Positions 59,606 to 64,000 of a stretch of DNA of 64,000 nt are shown piece by piece. The notes under the pieces are model-generated. The model searched no databases and was not told where the DNA came from. It saw only the letters and a program-made list of their open reading frames with translations. The translations under genes and the position numbers were made by a program. Origin of the DNA: Nemertoderma westbladi (lineage: Eukaryota > Animalia > Xenacoelomorpha). The stretch covers positions 48,315 through 112,314 of the forward strand of contig JAUCBJ010008092.1 in NCBI GenBank assembly GCA_032718475.1, in the 5' to 3' direction. Positions within the stretch are counted from its first letter, which is position 1. Every line of letters begins with the position of its first letter.

Positions 59606-62254
59606 TCGCATCATCATTAAAACTCCACCTATCATTGATCCATCAAGTATGGGAGAGAGTGCCGATAATTATAACCCTCCTAGTTATTCCAGGTCGGACG
59701 ACGTCGGCATTATCCGGGCATTGGAAAACCGCCTCTCCATGCCCAAGATGGAGATCCGCGCCTTCGAAGGAGATCCCGTCGATTACCTCAGATTCAAGAA
59801 ACAGTTCTTTGCGCAGATCGGATCAACGGACATAGCCGACGCACAGAAATTGGTATATTTATCGCAATACCTGGGTGACAAACCACGCCGAATTATTGCA
59901 TGTTTTGAGGGAGGTTCTCATGAAGCATACTATGACGCATGGAAAACTCTAGACAAAAGATACGGAAATACCGGGACTATAATTAATAAAACTCTAGAGA
60001 AACTGATACAAGACGCGGGATCACTAGGGGACCCACAGAACCTCCAGGAATTCTCAGATTCCATGAAGGATGCCTACTACACTCTGAAACCCTTAAATAA
60101 GGAGGACCAGGTGAACAACATTCTAAACCTCCGACAGATCGCCCGGAAGTTCCCCGGATGGCTACAAAGTAAGTGGGCCTATAAATGCGTAGATCTCCGG
60201 CGCAGACATCCAGATCGAGACCCCAGCTTCCTTGAAATGTCGGCATTCCTGGACGATATCTCCGAAGCCATGAATGACTCGATGTTCTCGAAACAGAGTC
60301 TCGCCAAGTTGGACGCAATGGAGAGCAATTACCAGAGCAGGGCACCCACTCCAAACCCAAGATTCCCCCCTACTCCCGTGAGTACGATGGCCGTCAGTAT
60401 GGCTGAGGACTCGGATGACGAGGATTACGAGGAACCGACCTTAGCAGAAGAATGGGCATGCTACCTAGCGAATTGGGCACCCAAAAGGGAAGGCACCACA
60501 GCCTCCCCTATATGTCTCTTCTGTGGAGAGAAACATAAATTGGAATTCTGCGGAAAGTTCCAGTTCGCCGAACTCGTCCCACGCTTCGAGGCGATAATGA
60601 AACACCGAGGATGCTTCCGGTGTCTTGGAACGGGTCACTATGTTCGGGATTGTGACCAAAGATCGTGCTGTGCGGTCTGTAACGACCTACGTCATCACAC
60701 GCTCCTCCACATCCCCGCAAACTTCGATTTCACTACCCTCCCCTTTCGGATCGAAGCCAAGCGAAGAGGAGAAACGAACCACGTTTTCAAAGGAACCCGG
60801 ACAACCCAACGGAGAGAAACCAATCCGTTTAAAATCTCCACCGATAAACCACAAGTAACAAATATTTCAGCCACGATTAATCTTATAAATCGCCGTTACA
60901 TGGTCTTCGCAAAGGTAATCCCAGTAAGGATTCAAGGAGTCGGCAAATCCCTGACGACGCTCGCGTTCCTTGATAACGGGTCTGACGGAACCATCATCGA
61001 CCGGGATTTCCTCGAGCAACTCGGCCTAGAATATGAACCTTGTAAACGGCCCATACAAACCATCACCGATAACAGAGAGGTAGAGTCCGGGGAGGTGCAA
61101 CTCCAGATGGAAGGAGTAATGAAGGGCTACGAAACGGTTAAGCTAACCATCAAGAACGCCTTGGTACACACAGACCTCCGAGTGCGGTTCCGACAATCAG
61201 CCGAGTACGCCCCCCTCATACAATTGGACCGAGACGATGTAGATCTGAGGTGTCCGCAGTTGGACGTAAACCGCATCACCCTACTGATCGGACTTGATAC
61301 ACCGGAATTACACATACCAACCGGAGATGTCGCCCGATCCATAAAGAAGGATGACGGCTTTTACGCTGAACGAACAATAATGGGATGGACCCTCTGCGGC
61401 ATCAAGGAAGAAACTACTGACACCTATACATACCTTCCTAAATGTCAGATTAAAGAAAATGCAACATCCGTGGGTTATTGCTCAGCTACAGGCCTCGATG
61501 AGGATTTATTTCCTTGAGACCGAAAAAACCCAGCAAGAGATGACTAAATGCTTTAATCTAGAGACCCAAGAGTTTGCTGAAAAGGACGAGAACCCGTCCG
61601 AGGAGGATCAATATTGTATGGACGTCCTTGACCAGGCCAAGTTCAAAGACGGACATTGGTGCGTCGCCCATGCTTTGGTGGCTAGTAATGTTTTTGATGA
61701 TAATAATGACGTGGATAACATTGACACCATTAATGGGAGAGTATGGACTAATCTGCCGTAATACCCGGATGGCGAACGCCTCAGTTGAGTCCCTCACTCC
61801 TAACCACCTACTGGGGAGACCCAAAACTCATGTTCTCCCAGAGACAATGTTTCCGGATCCCAACGATATCGCGAGACATACAAACTGGAAGAAGGCCCAA
61901 GCATTGGCAGCGCATTGGTGGAGAATCTGGGCCCAGGAGTACCTCATAACCCTCCGGACCAGGAGGAAATGGAACAACACCTACCGGAACGTCGCAGTTG
62001 GCGACATGGTACTAGTAAAAGAAGATCTCAAAGACCGCGTTCACTGGCCTGTGGCGCGGGTCGTGACCATACACCCAAGCAAAGACGGACTTGCGAGGAC
62101 TGTGACGATACGAACGGCAAAGGGCCACTACCAACGCCCTATCCAGAGGCTGTGCCTTCTTGAAGGCAATGATAGCGGTGACTCTACGAGAGGTGATAAG
62201 TTCCCTACTCAAGATCCTGCTGCGGACATTGGTGACAATGATAAATGCGTTTGA
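59606..62254 (+). pseudogene. pol: BEL capsid + knuckles + protease, then a deletion joined to the integrase C-terminus
   Basis: FEGDPVDYLRFK, CLFC..H..C, CFRC..H..C, CAVC..HHTLLH, FLDNGS; frameshift about 61510; jump about 61670-61785 to LTPNHLLG...WWRIWAQEYL...RPIQRLCLL. Confidence 0.9.
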
Positions 62255-62532
62255 ACCCTTCTTATCCTGTTGACAAACTCTTTTAAACTGTGATTTATCG
62301 ACGATGAAAATGGACCCCCCTTAAACCAACTGTAACCACGCAATGGTATTTGTGTTTCCTCGTGTGTTATGTGGAGTCCAGCGTCACCCTGCAGATGTTT
62401 CGACTGACGCAGGGTCGTTTATGTATTGTTTACCCTGATTTTGGTCATCGGGACCAACGATATTGGATTATTGGAAATGGTAAAGATTTGAAGTGGAATT
62501 CATTGTATTCATTGCAGTATGTTATGTTGTCC

Positions 62533-62942
62533 GTTGCGTGCGCAGTTCGGGGCGTAGGCGGTGTAACGAGTCCAGCTGTAGATCCCGGATTGCCGCGCAA
62601 CACCCCCTCTATCCCGTTATTCTGGTGGGTCCATGGTGCATCCACATGACTTCGACGATAGGGGGTTTTATGTTCTCAGTCGCGTTATTCTGGTGGGACC
62701 GTTGCGTGGATTTTGGGGCGTAGGCGGTGTAACGAGTCCAGCTGTAGATCCCAGAATGTTGCGTAACCCCATCCCACATGACTTCGTCGACTGAGCTTTA
62801 TGTTGTTGGGAGTGTTATTCTGGTGGGTCCCTGGTGCATCCACGTGACTTCACTCCCAGCGTCTTCATTGTCCGTTACGTGCGCAGTTTGGGGCGTAGGC
62901 GGTGTAACTAGCCCAGCTGTAGATCCCAGATTGCCGCGTAAC
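62533..62942 (+). ncRNA. Three covarying hairpin repeats between pol and the downstream ORF
   Basis: Core GGGGCGTAGGCGGTGTAACGAGTCCAGCTGTAGATCCC at 62533-62601, 62701-62767 and 62874-62942 with compensatory stem changes. Confidence 0.6.
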
Positions 62943-63499
62943 ACCCCTTCCACAACAAAGATTTCCCAAAGAAGATGATTGAATGTAGTTGGAAATGATG
63001 AAAAGACTCAGACAACTCTACTATAAACCGAATGATGACGCGTATGCTGATGAAAATGTAATGATGCGCACCCTGGTGCTGCGCTTATAACAATGATGAT
63101 AGCCGGGGGGCTATAACCCCAATGATGGTGTGGAAATAAACAAAATTGAGAATAAATGGTGGAACTAAATGTGTTGAAATGTGTTGAAATAAATGAAATG
63201 AGATGAAATAATAAAGAGAAATGAAAAAAGACAAAAAAAAGGTATAAAAAAGTCTAAAGAAAAGAATTGGAAAAAAGAAAAGGACAAAAAAAGTCATAAA
63301 AAACTGGTTGGATATTAATGTATAGCTATAGTAACTGTAAATGCTGAATGTATTAGCAATAAGATGATAGATGTCTATATAGCAATGTTATTAATAAACT
63401 GAACTAAAAATAAACTGAATTATTCTGCAATCGCTATAGTTTCAGACTTTCTGGACTTATAATTAACTGATCTAATTTGTAACGGATATAATCGTAAAT

Positions 63500-64000
63500 A
63501 TGGACCCAAATCGCCAAATTATCGGCGAATTACGTAACACAATAGATCTACTGGAATATTCGCAACCCGGATCCCCTGACTTTGATACAAATTGGAGCAC
63601 CCTGCTAAATGAGAACGTGCGAGTCGTTAAATTCACCGGGCGAGAGGGACCGGATTCAAAGTATCTACGAGCCCTCCGGTTAGCCGATGCTAGTACGAGA
63701 CTGAAAAGAACTCGGAATGCAAAGGCAACCGGAGGGGACGAGTCGTCGTTTTGGGAAACATTCCGACAAAGCGTCTACAAATCCCAATGTTTGATCTACG
63801 ACAACGAGGGAAACGCGACACCCACCTCGAAAGCGATTACGTTGGCGAGATGTCAAAGTTTCGTCAACGACAAGAGTACGTACCTCGCCCACTGGGGAAA
63901 CCTGTCGGAGTGTACTGCGACGCTTCGAGAGGAACGCATATCGATTATCCAGAACCGCGACGACTACCAGGATAAGTACGGGGTGAAAGAATACGGTCGA
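63500..64000 (+). CDS. Downstream ORF of BEL element 2, 5' part, open to the window end
   Basis: ATG at 63500 and 167 stop-free codons (MDPNRQIIGELRNT...QDKYGVKEYGR); not in the supplied ORF track; same position relative to pol as the accessory gene of element 1. Confidence 0.65.
   Translation, partial: MDPNRQIIGELRNTIDLLEYSQPGSPDFDTNWSTLLNENVRVVKFTGREGPDSKYLRALRLADASTRLKRTRNAKATGGDESSFWETFRQSVYKSQCLIYDNEGNATPTSKAITLARCQSFVNDKSTYLAHWGNLSECTATLREERISIIQNRDDYQDKYGVKEYGR

Larger units (their letters stand above)
56260..64000 (+). mobile_element. BEL/Pao element 2, internally deleted (RT, RNase H and most integrase lost), runs off the window
   Basis: BEL gag, protease and DUF5641-like end. Left boundary inferred from TGTTCGCG at 56260, where homology of the upstream ORF stops; TATAA at 56443. 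Confidence 0.75.

Overview
Eukaryotic, probably invertebrate, DNA made almost entirely of nested transposable elements. No conventional host gene is visible. Left to right: (1) a young Gypsy-type LTR retrotransposon (1102-7763, ACTT TSD) whose gag is split by a solo LTR; (2) two TTAA-specific piggyBac-like MITEs, one carrying a Tc1/mariner MITE; (3) a Penelope element with a hammerhead ribozyme; (4) an APE-type LINE whose upstream coding region has a Ulp1-like protease domain and is split by a 20.8-kb BEL/Pao element (22960-43730, 2.2-kb LTRs, ACTTT TSD); (5) a truncated RTE-like LINE; (6) a second, internally deleted BEL element running off the right end. The most interesting signal centres on the BEL elements. 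They are associated with a large non-env accessory gene (CxxC...CxxH motif plus three CCHC knuckles), seen as three alignable homologues and one more possible homologue by position. Both elements have a +1 break between the gag N-terminus and the capsid/pol part. The second element has arrays of covarying RNA hairpins in its leader and intergenic region, and the first has a 16-nt hairpin dispersed through it. The suggestion that these form a complex-retrovirus-like regulatory system is inference. All alignments and folds were done by eye.
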